DNA of 64,000 nt, from positions 17,732,001 through 17,796,000 of the forward strand of contig OZ360247.1 in assembly GCA_977017645.1 (NCBI GenBank). The letters are read 5' to 3'. This stretch comes from Torpedo marmorata. Lineage: Eukaryota. Under the pieces are notes generated by a model, which worked only from the letters and a program-made list of their open reading frames with translations, was not told where the DNA came from and searched no databases. This document shows, one piece after another, positions 25,101 through 38,583 of the stretch (within the stretch, counting starts at the first letter, position 1; every line of letters begins with the position of its first letter). Position numbers and translations under genes: made by a program.

Positions 25101-25352
25101 AGAAGTTTGAAACTGGACTTTAAAATGGACTTTTCAGATTCAAGTTTAAACTGAAATAGTTTGGACTTTAACACACACACATTTACATTTACGCATAGTG
25201 GGGTTTAAGTTAGAGTTAAGTTTAGAGATAAGTAAGAAATGTTATGTTATTAATAGTTTAATAAAAACTATTATTTTGAATTTACCATTGTCTGGTGAAT
25301 TTTCCATTGGTGTTCCTTTGTTAGTACTAGCAAGGTTTGTTAGTTTGTAACA
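22118..25352 (+). mobile_element. Solo LTR (~1.1 kb, Gypsy/ERV-type) split by an L1
   Basis: TGTGACGAA...TTTGTAACA termini; 4-bp TSD CCTG on both sides (22114-22117 / 25353-25356); AATAAA near 25260. Confidence 0.85.
22769..24892 (+). mobile_element. L1-clade LINE, 5'-truncated, uninterrupted ORF2 3' half
   Basis: ORF open to 24625 (RT FADD to zinc knuckle); 17-bp TSD AGATTAARAAAGAAATC (22752-22768 / 24893-24909). Confidence 0.95.
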
Positions 25353-25516
25353 CCTGATTAACAATTCTGACCTGAAACATTGAGAATTCTTTTTCTCTCA
25401 CTGATGCTGCTTCACCCGCTGAGTTCCTCCACCAGATTGTTTTTTGCCCCAAATTTCAGCATCCATAGTCTTAAGTAGATCTATGCTTTTTAAGCACTTT
25501 AGTTTGCTTCCTTCTA

Positions 25517-25705
25517 GGCACGGTTGGCATAGCGGTTAGCACAACGCCTTCACAGCGCCAGCGATCGGGACTGGGGTTCAAATCCCCGGGGGTTCCGGTT
25601 TCCTCCCACCGTTTGAAACATACCACGGGGGTTGTAGGTTAATTGGGCGGCACCGGCTCGTGGGCCGAAATGGCCTGTTACCGTGCTGTATGTCTAAATT
25701 TAAAA
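25517..25705 (+). mobile_element. tRNA-derived SINE (V-SINE-like, internally deleted, CR1-type tail)
   Basis: A box TGGCATAGCGG, B box GGTTCAAATCC, central CCGGTTTCCTCCCAC. Confidence 0.75.
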
Positions 25706-26181
25706 ATATATTTTTTTTTAAATTTGGTGATGTGAAGACATCTAATCCAATAAAACACAGAATGCTGGAAGAACTCAGTGGGTCAGGCAGCATCTCTGGA
25801 GGTAGAAGGTGTATGTCGCTGTTTTGGATGAGATCTTGCTTTAATTGGTTTAATCCAATGATGGCTTGCTGGTGCATTATAGCTCCTGTAGTTCGATGAA
25901 GACTAACTGCATACAGAAGTACTTCATTGACTTAAAGCACGGTGGTGCATCCTGAGAGGCACCAGAGAACAACAGCCAGTGTATATTATGGAAGGAGTTA
26001 TAACTCTGACTTTCAAAAGACATATATATGCAGAGGAAGGGGCCAGAAGGATATGGACCAAATGCGTTTATTCAACTTTATTGTCACCTGTATCAAGATG
26101 TAGTTAAATGGGAGTAGCCCAGAATGCCAAATTAGTGGACATAAACAAGTCGGGCCAAAGGGGCTGTTCGGTGCTGTATAA

Positions 26182-26407
26182 CAGCCATTCTCAATGGGGG
26201 CCGTGCGGCACCTCTGGGGGCCACAGCACATTTAAGGGGGGCCACGGACTGATATCATAAAATATAATTTTATGTTTTTTATGTCGTCGGTGGGAGAGAA
26301 GTACGGAAGAAAGCAACTAAACTTGACTGCTTCACAGGGAAGGGGGCCCATAAACTTTAAGCAGAGTCCTAGCGGGGGCATAGCTGAAAAAAGGCTGAGA
26401 ATGGCTG
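26182..26407. mobile_element. hAT-type MITE (opposite orientation to the other copies)
   Basis: TIRs CAGCCATTCTCA / TGAGAATGGCTG; flanks CTGTATAA / CTGCGTGA. Confidence 0.8.
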
Positions 26408-26634
26408 CTGCGTGACTCTGACTGGTCAGAGTTTGAAAGGCTGGATTCTGATCACGATGCTGTAATCCTTGCCTTGGCCAGCAGAGAGCCTGGGGGACCA
26501 AGGTGCCCAGTGCTTCCCCCTTGTGTCCAGGGGATACACAGCAGTTCTTTTTTTTTTGAATATTTTTTTGTATTTTTTAAAGCCAAACATATTATCAATA
26601 ACAAAAATAATACATCATCAAATATAATATTCGT

Positions 26635-26777
26635 NNNNNNNNNNNNNNNNNNNNNNNNNNNNNNNNNNNNNNNNNNNNNNNNNNNNNNNNNNNNNNNNNN
26701 NNNNNNNNNNNNNNNNNNNNNNNNNNNNNNNNNNNNNNNNNNNNNNNNNNNNNNNNNNNNNNNNNNNNNNNNNNNNN
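26635..26777. other. Assembly gap (143 N)
   Basis: Run of N inside the L1 3' UTR. Confidence 1.
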
Positions 26778-27901
26778 CTATTATACTAAAAAAAAATTAC
26801 AAACAGAGAAAAACCCACCCACCCAATTCCCCCCTAAAAGAAAGAAAGGAGAGCAATAGAATAAGAAAAGGGTGAAATAGAAAAGGAAAGAAGACGTTGG
26901 AGGCTCGTCGTCCTTAAATTACTTGGCATACTCGGATTTTTAAAGAGGAAATGGACATAGGTCCTGGAGGTGAGGAGGGGTCTGGTTATAGATTTACAGC
27001 CATGTGTTGTAAATATGGAGTCCAAATCTTTAAAAATATATCATATTTATTTCTAAGATTATAGGTAATCTTCTCAAGGGGAACACAGCTGTACATTTCC
27101 TCATTCCATCTTGTCATACGTAGAAGGGAATCAGACTTCCACGTGACCGATATACATTTCCTGGCCACCGCCAATGTGATCTCTATAAATTTTATTTGAA
27201 ATTTTGACAGCCTCATCTTAGGTCTTACGCCAGAGATATTGCCCAACAGAAATAATTCTGGGCGTTGTGGGAAATAAATTTCTGTAATTTGTTCTAAGAG
27301 TTTCCCTAAGTCTGTCCAGAAAGGTTTTACTTTGGGGCAGACCAGGTTAAATGTAAAAACTTTCCTATTTCTTTGCCTCATCTAAAACATTTATCTGATA
27401 TTTCTGATTCAAATTTATTCAATTTTTGCGGCGTGAGATACAACTGGTGCATAAAATTATATTGTACCAGTCTGTATCTCACATTTATTGTATTTTTCAT
27501 ACTGTCCCGACATAAGTTGGACCAGTTTTGTTCATTAATTATTATATCCAAGTCTGATTCCCATCTCTGTCTAGATCTATGTAGCCCCTGTTTAAGGGTT
27601 CCTTTTTGTAGTAAAAGATAGGCTGCTGAAATAAACTTCTTTGTGATCCCCTTTCGAATCAAAGTCTCCACTTCACTGCATTCTGGTAGGGTCATTGATG
27701 GGCCCAATTTATCCCTTAAGTAAGATCTCAGCTGGAAATAGCAGAAGAGTGTATTATTCATAATACCATACTTATTTTTTAATTGTTCAAATGACATAAG
27801 TTGTCCCTGCTCATAGCAATCCTCGACACATCTGATCCCTTTCCGGGACCAGGCGCCCAGAATCTTATTATCCATTGTAAAAGGTATACACCTAGTTTGA
27901 G

Positions 27902-28016
27902 TAAAAAACACAAATGCTGGAGAAACTCAGCAGGTCAAACAGTGTCTTTTATGTAGCAAAGGTAGAAATACATAACCGACGTTTCGGGCTTGAGCCCTTC
28001 ATCAAAGTATGATCAA
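27902..28016 (-). mobile_element. Penelope pLTR fragment with hammerhead motif, nested in L1
   Basis: Minus strand TTGATGAAGGGCTCAAGCCCGAAACGTC; flanking duplication ACACCTAKTTTGAG. Confidence 0.8.
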
Positions 28017-28387
28017 ACACCTATTTTGAGCCAGGGCATTTTTGGAGATAACCTCCCCTTATTCACAATTTGATAATTTATTTTATACCATATATCAATT
28101 ATGTGTTTCAACAGGGGCGTTTTTTTCACACCGGATATTAATTTTATATCCCATTTGTATATAAAGTCTTCTGCTATCCTCTCCCCAACCTTATGCAGTT
28201 CCATCTTTACCCAAGAAGGCTTGTCTCCCCTTTCAAAAAAAGAGGTGACAAATTTCATTTGGGCTGCCCAATAATATTTTTTTAAATCTGGGAGTTGTAA
28301 ACCTCCCAGTTCATATCTCCATGTTAATTTTTCAGTGGAGACTCTGGCTACCTTACCTCTCCAATAAACTTCCTGATACATTTATTT

Positions 28388-28738
28388 ACTCCATCGAGGA
28401 CATCTACATGAGGTGGTGTCTTAAAAAAGCAGCCTCTATCCTCAAGGACCCCCACCACCCAGGCCATGCCCTCTTCACTCTGCTTCCATCGGGGAAAAGG
28501 TACAGGAGCCTAAAGACGTGCACTCAACAGCACAAGAACAGCTTCTTCCCCGCTGCCATCAGATTCCTGAATAATCAATCAACCAAAGACACTACCTTAC
28601 TTTTCGTGCACTATTGTTTATAATTTTTTATAGTAATGTCGTTAGAATGGTTAATATGAATGTTAATTGCACTATGATGCTGCCGCAAAACACCGAATTT
28701 CATGACTTGTTCATGACAATAAATTCTGATTCTGATTC
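28388..28738 (+). mobile_element. Rex1 3' fragment nested in L1
   Basis: Near-identical to the reverse complement of 4035-4380; ATTCTG tail. Confidence 0.9.
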
Positions 28739-31700
28739 TAAATCTTGAAAGAACTTTCGAGGCAATGGTATAGGTAGTGTTTGGAAAAGTTATTGGGCCC
28801 GTGGCAATATATTCATTTTTATACAGTTGACTCTACCAATAAGTGTTATTGGCAGTGCCGTCCATCTATTAAGGTCCGCTTCAGCTTTTCTAAGCAAGGG
28901 GAGGTAATTTAACTTATACAAATCTTGTAAATTGTTATTTGTTTTGATACCTAAATATTTTATCCCATTTGCCGGCCACTTAAAATTTGTATTCCTTTGG
29001 TATTGAGTATAATCCCCACCCGTAAGTGGCATAATCTCACTTTTGTCCCAATTTTTCTTATAACCTGAAATTTTCCCATAATCTTCCAATTTTAAGTGCA
29101 ATTTTTCTAATGAAACTGCTGGTTCTGTCAGGTATATCAGAACATCATCCGCAAATAAGTTAATTTTGTGCTCTTCCTGGTTAATCCTGAATCCCTTAAT
29201 GTCTGGATCTCGCCGAATAGCTTCCGCTAACGGTTCTATAACCAAAATAAAAAGAGCTGGAGACAGTGGGCAGCCTTGCCTAGTTGATCTGGATCATGGG
29301 AATGCTGTAGAAATTTGTCCATTGGTCACAACTCTAGCTTGGGTCTTATTATATAAAGCCTTAATCCAGTTTATGAAATTCTGTCCAAGTCCAAATCGTT
29401 CCAGCACTTTAAATAAAAAATCCCACTCCACTCTATCAAAAGCTTTTTCTGCATCCAGGGCCACAGCAACACCTCGATCACCTCTCGATTGTGCCAGATG
29501 TATTATGCTAAGCAATCTGCTTACATTATCCACTATTTGTCTTTTTTGTACAAAGCCTGTTTGGTCCATATTTATCAATTTTGGCAAAAAAACTGCCAGT
29601 CTGTTTGCCAAAGCTTTTGCAATGATCTTATAGTCTGAATTTAATAATGAAATAGGTGTATAAGAAGACGGCTTTAATGGATCCCTATCTTTTTTGGGTA
29701 TCACTGTAATTATTGCTGTTGAGAATGATTCCGGGAGGGTATGTGTCTCGACCGCTTGATCCAACACCTCCATAAATAGAGGTATCAAAAGATCTTTAAA
29801 TTCTTTGTAAAATTCAGGTGGAAATCCATCCTCCCCCGAAGATTTGTTAATTTGCAATGAACCCAGTGCCCCTTCCATCACTACTTGGGTAAAGGGGGCA
29901 TTGAGCTCCCCCTACTTTTCTAAATCTAGATTTGGAAGATCCAATTGTGACAGGAATCCTTCTATTTTATTAATATTCCTTTGAGATTCTGATTCATATA
30001 GTCTAGTGTAAAATTGTTTAAAGGCCTCATTAATATCCTGTGGTTTATAGGAAATCCTTTCTGTTTCCATTTTAATCGCAATAATCGTTCTTGAGACCTG
30101 TTCTGTTTTCAACTGCTAGGCTAGGACCTTTTAGGCTCTTTCCCCTAGCTCATAGTATTTTTGTTTAGTTCTGGTTATAATTTTCTCCATTTTATATGTT
30201 TGTAATGTGTTATACTTGAGCTTTTATTAATTAATTTTCTACGTTTTTCCTCAGAGCCTGACTTTTGAAGGTCTTTTTCCAAATGAGATATCTCATGTTC
30301 TAATTCATCCACCTCCCTTGTATATTCCTTTTGCATCTTTGTAGTGTAACTGATTATTTGTCCTCGCAAATATGCTTTTAAAGTATCCGAAATAATAAAT
30401 TTATCGGTAGTAGAAGTACAGTTGGTCTCACAGCACGTTGTAATTTCTTTCCTAGTAAAATTACAAAACTCCTGTCTTCTTAACAGCCCTGAATTTAATC
30501 TCCATCTATACACCATCTTTTGTTTATCTGGCATTGTAATTTTTAATATCAAAGATGAGTGATCTGATAGTAGCCTTGCTTTATATTCAGCTGCCACAAT
30601 TCTACTCTGTAATTGAACTGATGTCAAAATTAAATCTATCCTGGAGTATGAATTATGTCTGCATGAATAAGAAGAATAGTCCCTTTCCCTTGGATGGAGT
30701 CTTCTCCCGGCGTCCATTAACTTCAGCTCCTTCATTAACTGCAAAGTAGCTTTAGCTGCTTTTGTCCTTGTGATTGTTCTTCCTGACTTATCTGGAACCG
30801 GATCCAGACAGAAATTAAAGTCTCCATCCACTATAATATTTTGTTGTGCATCAGCCAATTTCAAAAATGTTTCATGTATAAATTTCTCATCATTCGTGTT
30901 GGGAGCATACAAATTCATCAGGGTCCAGGGCTCTGAATATATCTGACAGTGAACCATTACATACTTACCTGAAGGGTCTGCAATTACGTCTTGCGCTTTA
31001 ATTGGAACATTTTTCCCTATTAAAAATGCTACTCCCCTTGCTTTTGAGTTAAATGAAGCTGCTATGACCTGGCCCATCCATCCTCTCTTCAATTTTTGAT
31101 GTTCTTTTTCTGTTAAGTGAGTTTCTTGAAGGAAGGCCAGGTCCACTCCTATTCTTTTGATATATACCAGGACTCTTTTCCTTTTCACAGGTCCATTTAA
31201 ACCATTGACAATAAAACCTCTGCCCTTAACAAAACTGGTGTACAGAAAGGAAGTGACACCACCTCCCTCTACCGTACAGGTCGGGTCTAACACACCCATA
31301 CACACACGTTTGTGCTGAAGGAAACAACCTCCGTCCTCCCCAGCCCTCCCAGCATATTTACTAATAATGTTTTTTTCATATATGTGTATTTACAGAAGGA
31401 AAAAGATATAATAGAACAAAAAATTATTACAGTTTCAGGAGAAAACCATTTCCTTTTTTTTACTGTGTTATATCTGATAAACTTTTTACGAATTCCTTAG
31501 CTTTCTTAATGTCCGAAAAGAATTTCTTCTCTCCACCCAGCAGTATTATTTTCAAAGTCGCTGGGTGTCGCAAAATAAAGTTGTATCCTTTTTGTCGGAG
31601 GATATGCTTCACAGGGTCAAATTCACATCTGCGTTGTAGTAATGCAGCGCTTATGTCTGGGTAAAAAAGAATATCTTCTCGCCGTCCACTTCCAATGGAC

Positions 31701-32775
31701 CCCCTCTTGTTTTTGCTCCTATCGCGGCTGTTCTTAATATCTTTTCCCTATCCTGATATCTTAAACATTTCACCAGGATAGAGCGGGGTCTTTGGTCCAA
31801 CCCAGGGTGTGGCATAAGTGTTCGATGCGCTCTTTCAATTACAATTGTTTCCCCTATATTTTCCTTACCCAAAACTTGTGGAATCGATTTCTGAAGGAAA
31901 TATACGGGGTTTGTACCTTCTACCCCTTCTCTTAGTCCGACTATTTTTATGTTATTTCTTCTACTAAAATTTTCTAGGGTGTCCAGTTTTTCCCAGATTC
32001 TTTTCCTTTCTGTACTCCATCCTGTTATTTCGTCCTCCATCTTTTCCACTCTGTCCATTGTGTCCACTATTTTTTCCTCCACATCTTTTACTCTTTCATT
32101 TAAATTTCTAATATCTTTTCTTACTTTACTCATTTCTAACATTAAGTCTTCAAATTTTTTGTTCATTATCTTCCCATTCTTTTGCAAGAATTTCATTATT
32201 ATCATCGTTAGTAATACTAGAAGCTTTATTTTTTAATTGTTTCTTTTCTTTACCAGCCCCCGTGGTCTCCACTTCATCAGCACTGGTGTAATCCTCCTGG
32301 CCTCCATCGCTGCTCTCTGCGTTGCGGTTCCCTCCGCTCGGGTAGAAGTCGCGCCTCCCCTCCGCCCGAACAGCGCCTTCCGTGTTCCAGACGTATGAGT
32401 CGCGGGTGCGCACGTCCCAGCCCGTGCCCGGCTCTTCTGCAGCGCCTCTACATTTTTCCGAGGGCACTCCGCCGCCCAGCCCGTCGGGCGAAGCATCCCC
32501 GCGGGTGTCATGCCGTATCTCTGCCCCTGGCTTTTTCTTCAGGGCAGGCCTCTGCCCCCGACTGGCGTCTCCAGCACCATGAACCTCGGAGGTTGAATCT
32601 GCCGGTACGTCCTTCCGTCGTGGCATTTTCTAGATGTTTATTTCTGTTCTTCTTTCAAGATGGTGTTTTTTATGCTTTTTTTTCCTTTCTTTTTCTTTCT
32701 TTTCCTGGGAGGCTCGGGATTTCGATCCTACCGCCTCAGCACATCACGTGACCCCCATACACAGCAGTTCTCACC

Positions 32776-33278
32776 ATCTCACATTCTCCCAGTGGCCACC
32801 CATTTCAATTCCCCGTCCCATTCCCTTGCTGAGCTGACATGTCTGTCCATGGTCTCATGCGCTGCCAGACTGAGACCACCCGCAAATTGGAGGAACAACA
32901 CCTCATCTTCCGTCTGGGCACCCTCCAACCGGATGGCATTAACATCGATTTTTCCGGTTTCCGTTAAACCCCCCTCTACTTCTTCCCCCTGTTGCCTTTC
33001 CCCCAGCACTCTCTCTCTCTCTCTTCCCCTTTCCCTCTGTCTCCTTTCACAGAGCCAAAATCATTTCTCACCTTTCCTCTTATCCTATCCAATTAACACC
33101 TTTTGTTGGTCTGGACTCCTCCCCCTGCCAGTCTTCAGTCTTTATTCTGACGCCTTCCTGTTCTTTGCTTATACCTTGAAGAAGGGCTCAGGCCCGAAAC
33201 GTCGGTAATATATCTTTACCTCCTATGGACGCTGTGAGACCGGCTGAGTTCCTCCAGCATTTCTGTGTTTTTATCACA
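32776..33278 (+). mobile_element. Penelope-like 3' fragment (GIY-YIG end + pLTR with hammerhead)
   Basis: LPVATHFNSPSH..LEEQHLIFRLGTLQPDGINIDF; hammerhead motif at 33170-33210. Confidence 0.88.
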
Positions 33279-33513
33279 ATTGTTCAAACACTTTTCAGGA
33301 GCAGAACCAATTGCGTCACTTCTCAGCTTCTTTCTCTTCTACCCTCCCTATTATTACCTCTTACCGGTTAGTCCGTTCCTACCTTCTCCCCTTCCTCCCT
33401 CCCTCCACAAACATTGAGAAATCTTTTTCCTCTCACTGATGCTGCTTGACCTGCTGAGTTCCTCCAGCATTTTGTGTTTTGCTCCAGATTTCCAGAATTT
33501 ACAGTCTCTTTTA

Positions 33514-34118
33514 TCAAGTCAAGTCAAGTCACCTTTATTTGTCGTTCATTACCATATACACAGTAAGACGAGATAGCGTTTCTCCAGGACCATGGGCAGA
33601 TGTACATAAATATCATAATACAATAAAAAAAATACTATGACATGTTAATACGCATATATATCTAAAAATTGAGGAGCCTGATGGCTTGGGGGAAAAAACT
33701 GTTGCACAATCTGGACGTACGAGCCCGAATGCTTCGGTACCTCCTTCCAGATGGCAAAAAGGAGAAAAGTTTACAAGAGGGGTGTGAGAAGTCCTTCACA
33801 ATGTTATTAGCCTTTCGTATGCATCGTGTGTTGTAGACGTCCGTCATGGTAGGAAGAGAGACTCCAATAATTTTCTCCGCTGACCTCACTATCCTCTGCA
33901 GGGTCTTTCGGTCCGAGATGGTACAGTTTCCAAACCAAGCGGTGATGCAATTGCTCAGAATACTCTCAATACATCCCCTGTAGAATGTAGTAAGGATAGA
34001 GGGTGAAAGATGAACTTTCCTCAGCCTTCGCAGGAAGTAGAGGCGCTTTTGGGCTTTCTTGCCTATGGAACTGGTGTTGAGGGACCAGGTGAGATTCTCC
34101 GCCAAGTGCACTCCAAGG
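33514..34118 (-). mobile_element. Rex1/Babar LINE 3' fragment (distinct subfamily, TGACT tail)
   Basis: ORF 33662-34141 (KKAQKRLYFLRRL..LPSGRRYR..SFFPQAIRLLN). Confidence 0.9.
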
Positions 34119-34404
34119 TCGTGCATTCTGGAACTCCCCAATCAACATTCATTGTTTCTCGTGTTCCAGTGCAGAAGATGCCTGCTAGTGAATGCTGCCG
34201 ACTGGCACCTTCCTGGGTGAGAGACTTACTGAGGCTCTGCAAAGACTCTGTGGGGAAGGACCACAGTCTAGGGTCCTGCTGCCACTGGACACTGAGGGGC
34301 TGGGTCCTGTGTAAACGTGTGTGTTGCTTAAGGAGGAAACAGGAGTGGTGTTGACACAATGTAAGAGAATGTCTTGAATTGATGGTAGAAGGAACGGAGA
34401 AAAA

Positions 34405-34910
34405 GACAGTAAAACACAGAAATGCTCGAGGAGCTCAGCAGGTCTCGCAGCGTCCATAGGAGGTAAAAATATATAACCGACGTTTCGGGCCTGAGCCCTT
34501 CTTCAAGGTATGAGTAAAAAGCAGGCAGGTGCCTGAATGAAAAGGCTGGGGAGGGAAGAACGGGCAGGGGGAGGAGTCCAGACCAACAGACAAAAGGTGT
34601 TAATTAGATAAGGACGGGACACAGGAGAGAGGAAAGATGAGAATTGACTTGGGGGTTGTTTTTGGCTCTGTGGAAGTAGAGCTGGGGGAAAGGAGACAGA
34701 GGGGAAAGAGAAGAGAGTGAGAGAGCTAGAGGAAATGATACATAGGGAAAGAAGGGGTGGGAGGTGGAGGGGGGGGGGTGGTTCCAATGGAAACCAGAGA
34801 AGTCGATGTTGATACTGTCTGGCTGGAGAGTGCCCAGATGGAATATAAGGTGTTGTTCCTCCAATTTGCAGGCAGCCCCAGCCCGGCAATGCACGAGACC
34901 ATGGACAGAC
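34405..34910 (-). mobile_element. Penelope-like 3' fragment with hammerhead
   Basis: ORF 34604-34966 (SVHGLVHC..LEEQHLIFHLGTLQPDSINIDFSGF); hammerhead motif at 34472-34511. Confidence 0.88.
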
Positions 34911-34962
34911 ACCCTGGCTACCCTCAGAGAAAGAGACATGTCCTGATTATGTCTATGATATA

Positions 34963-35316
34963 CCATATATACTCATGTAATAGTCGATGCCATGTAATAG
35001 TCACTCCCCCCTCCACTTTTTTGGCCCAAAAACCGCGTGTTTTCCGTATGACCCGTGTAAAAGTCGACCCCCCTATTTTTGGCCCCGACTGCCCACCCAT
35101 CAGAGCTCCCGACGCCCCGACCGCGAATTCTCGCCTTGGCCGCCCGCCCATCTGAGCTCCCGATGCCCCGGCCGCCCGCCCATCCGAGCTCCCGACACCT
35201 TGAACGACGCAGGTACTTACTGCGGTCAAATGTAGTATCCATATAAAAGTCAACCCCTTAAATTTGACCTGAAAAAAGTGGTCCCAAAAACTTGACTATT
35301 ACACAAGTATATACGG
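34963..35316. mobile_element. Tc1/mariner (Tc2/pogo-like) MITE
   Basis: TIRs CCRTATATACT..TGTAATAGTC with TA on both sides; internal GAGCTCCCGAYRCC repeats. Confidence 0.8.
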
Positions 35317-35704
35317 TATATGTCTGAATAAAGTACATTTTTAAAGAAAATAGTTTCTCTCAATCCACTTTGGCAATTCTCCACGATATCTTTTTCACCA
35401 CCTTGTTTTGAAATTCCATGGAACAATGAGCGTAGATATTATACTCGCGAGAAAATCCCAAAACTGCAGAAGCTGGAAATATGAAACAAAAACAGAAAAT
35501 CTTGTAAAACCTCTGAAGGTCAGGCAGCACTTGTGGAAAGAGAGTCAATGTTTCTGGTCTGCCACATGTTTACTCTTTCTCTTTCCACAGATGCTGCCTG
35601 ATCTGCTGAGTTTTTATGCCATTTTATTATAATCCCTTATCAGAATTTAAATTGCCTCAGGTGCCCTTGAAGTAAATCAACATGGAACAAGGCAAGGCCA
35701 AGTG

Positions 35705-36126
35705 TATCCGGTACGGAGGTGCCAATGCACAGGACAGGAAAACACTCCAGAGAGTTGTTAACTCGGCCAGCGACATCACGGGCACCAGTCTTCACTCCAT
35801 CGAGGCGGTGCCTTAAGAAAGCAGTCTCTGTTCTCAAGGATCCTCACCACCCAGGCCCTCTTCACACTGCTACCATCAGGAAAGAGGTAGAGGAGCCTGA
35901 AGACGAACACCCAGCGGCACAAGGACAGCTTCTTCCCCTCTGCCATCAGATTTCTGAATGGACAATGAACCACAGACACCACCTCACTTTCTCCTATTTT
36001 CTTGCACGATTTATTTATTTTTAAAATGTAATTTATAGCAATATTTGCGCTGTGCTGTAACGCTACTGCAAAAACAATAAATTTTGTGACATGTTCACGA
36101 CAATAAGTTCTGGTTCTTCTTCTGAT
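35705..36126 (+). mobile_element. Rex1 3' fragment (degenerate)
   Basis: CLKKAVSVLKDPHHPG motif; GACAATAA + TTCTG tail. Confidence 0.8.
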
Positions 36127-36333
36127 TCCTGCCCAGAGTGGTGCAGGTGTGGACTTACCAGATGTTTGAACAGTTGTAGTATTCTTTTCAGCCATGGTCG
36201 AATGAGCATCACCACCTCAAAGTCAGACATTGTGTTCAAGTCCCCCATCATTGGCCTGAACACAAAGTCTAGAGTAGCCATTCTCAACCTTGTTTTGGCT
36301 ATGGCCCCTTAGGACTCCCCCTTCCCTGTGAAG

Positions 36334-38583
36334 AAGATTAGATTAGATTTAGATTTATTGTCAGAGTACATACGTGACATCACATACAACCCTGAGATTC
36401 TTTCTCCAGCGGGCGAGGCAGAATTACCACTTATTGGTGGTGCAAAAAAAAATGTACACAATGTATACATGTAAACAAATAAGAAAATGTAAACAAACTG
36501 ACTGTGCAATACAGAGAGGGAAAAATCAATAAGTGCAAAAGTAAGAGTTCTTAAATGAGTCTCTGATTGAGTTTGTTGTTGAGGAGTCTGATGGTGGAGG
36601 GGTAGCAGCTGTTCCTGAACCTGGTGGTACGAGTCTTGTGGCACCTGTACCTCTTTCCTGATGGTAGCAGTGAGAACAGAGCGCATGCTGGGTGGTGTGG
36701 ATCCTTGATGATTGCTGCTGCTCTCCAACAGCAGTATTCCCTGTACATGTTCTCGATGGTTTTGCCTGTGATTTCCTGGGCTGTGTCCACTACTTTTTGC
36801 AGGGCTTTATGCTCAGGGGTATTGGGATCCCCACACAAGAGCGTGATGCAGCCAGTCAGCACACATCCACTACACATCTGTCGAAATTTGCCAGGGTTGC
36901 TGATGTCTTACCAAACATCCGCAAACTCCTGAGGAAGTAGAGGCGCTGACGTGCTTTCTTCACAATGCCATTAATGTGTTGGGTCCAGGAAAAATCTTCC
37001 GAGATAGTGACTCAAAGAACTTAAATTTGCTCACCCTCTCCACCTCTGATCCCCCAATGATCACTGGATCGTACACCTCTGGTTTTCCCTACCTGAAGTC
37101 AACAATCAGCTCCTTGGTTTTGGTGACATTGAGTGCGACATTGTTGTTGGTGCACCATTCAGCCAAGTTTTCAATTACCTTCCTGCATAGAACCATAGGA
37201 TACTACAGCACAGAAACAGGCCCCTTCGGCCCTTCTAGTCTGTGCTGAACTATTTTTTTTGCCTAGTCCCACTGACCTGCACCCAGTCCATAGCGCTCCA
37301 TACCTCTCCCATCCATGTACCTGTCGAAATTCCTCTTAAATGTTAAGATTGAGCCCGCATTCATCACCTCAGCTGGCAGCTCGTTCCACACTCCCACCAC
37401 TCTCTGTGTGAAGAAGTTCCCCCTCACGTTCCCCCTAAACCTGTCCTCTTTCACTCTTAACCCATGTCCTCTGGTTTGTTCTTGGGGAACCAAAGCTATC
37501 TTCTTAATCCTTGAGCCTTCATTTGGCACATAAACATGAGGCTGAAGACGAGCAGGAGTAAGTGGAGGAAGATGTAAGATAGAAATAAATAGAGACTCCT
37601 TCCTGACTGTTGCTGCATATGATACAGCCCTGAGTCATTTGCGTAAAAGCTCCTTCCATTAACTCAAGACATCTGTGCATCAAAAATCTGCTACCTCCCG
37701 AATGGAAATATTAGTGGCACACTATGCTACACACCCCAGGCCATTCCTTGGCCTGAATGGCCCAACAACAGACTGCAGCAAGTGACAACAGTATGGACTC
37801 ACTGACTGACAGGAAATTGCAAATAATCTGTGATATTGTTGTTGGAGATAACAGAGCCACTGCTATTCCCCCACTGAAGTTGCAATTTGTTGAGGCATAG
37901 CTCTAGAGTGCCATTATATCCTCAAAGCATCTTCTAATAAAAGGAGGGGTTTCCACTGCACCATACATACAGGTAAGTTAGAATGGAAGCAGTGACATCT
38001 CTCTTCAGATGCTGTACAATGGTTGGTTCCGCAAGTGTTGACATGGAGTTAGCCAGCCTCATATGTTGGAAAAGATAGGTTCAAGGTGATCTACCCTGAG
38101 ATCTATCCACCAGAATGGATGTCAACTTGACATGCTCCTGGACAGTTCAGGCAGGTTTTCAAGCAGATCTGATGTTGCACCAACCTTCTCCATAAGCACA
38201 TGCATTAGCTTTTTCTGCAGATTGCCCCAGCCTAAACCTCACCTGAGTCCTCTGGGCCAGAACATCAAGATCAAGCTCTTGTGGAGATGCATACAATCCA
38301 CCCTTTCACTTTGGCTTGGACAAAGTCCGCATACCTGGAAATTCACTACATCCAGGTCCCAGCACAAAACCAGCCCCCACTATTGAAAAATATCAGGAAC
38401 CGAGCTATTGGCTGCAAGCGTCAGACCTTTTGATACGTTGCCACCAGCTTCTTCGTTATCCTTCTCATTCTCCTCTGACTTGAGATGTTGCAGCCAAGAT
38501 CTGGCCACTACCATGGTATCGTCAGCGAATTTGTAGATGGTGTTGTCGTACCGAGCCACACAGTCATAGGCGTAAAGTGAGTA
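36334..38583 (-). mobile_element. Rex1 LINE inside the MITE, itself interrupted at 37186-38504
   Basis: 36334-37185 and 38505-38583 (YKFADDT) are collinear with the Rex1 at 47493-48690. Confidence 0.88.
37186..37479 (-). mobile_element. CR1 3' fragment
   Basis: TRGHGLRV..NFFTQRVVGVWNELP; CTATGGTTCTATG tail. Confidence 0.9.

Larger units (their letters stand above)
26549..32756 (-). mobile_element. Full-length, decayed L1-clade LINE (second family): ORF1 + EN/RT ORF2
   Basis: ORF1 LENFSRRNNIKIVGL..IERAHR; EN LQETH, GDFN, SRID, SDH; RT LDAEKAFD, FADD. 15-bp TSD ATACACAGCAGTTCT (26534-26548 / 32757-32771). Confidence 0.95.

Noticed and set aside
25517-25590. tRNA gene
   Set aside because: The A/B boxes run straight into a SINE core and CR1-type tail; I could not fold a convincing cloverleaf.
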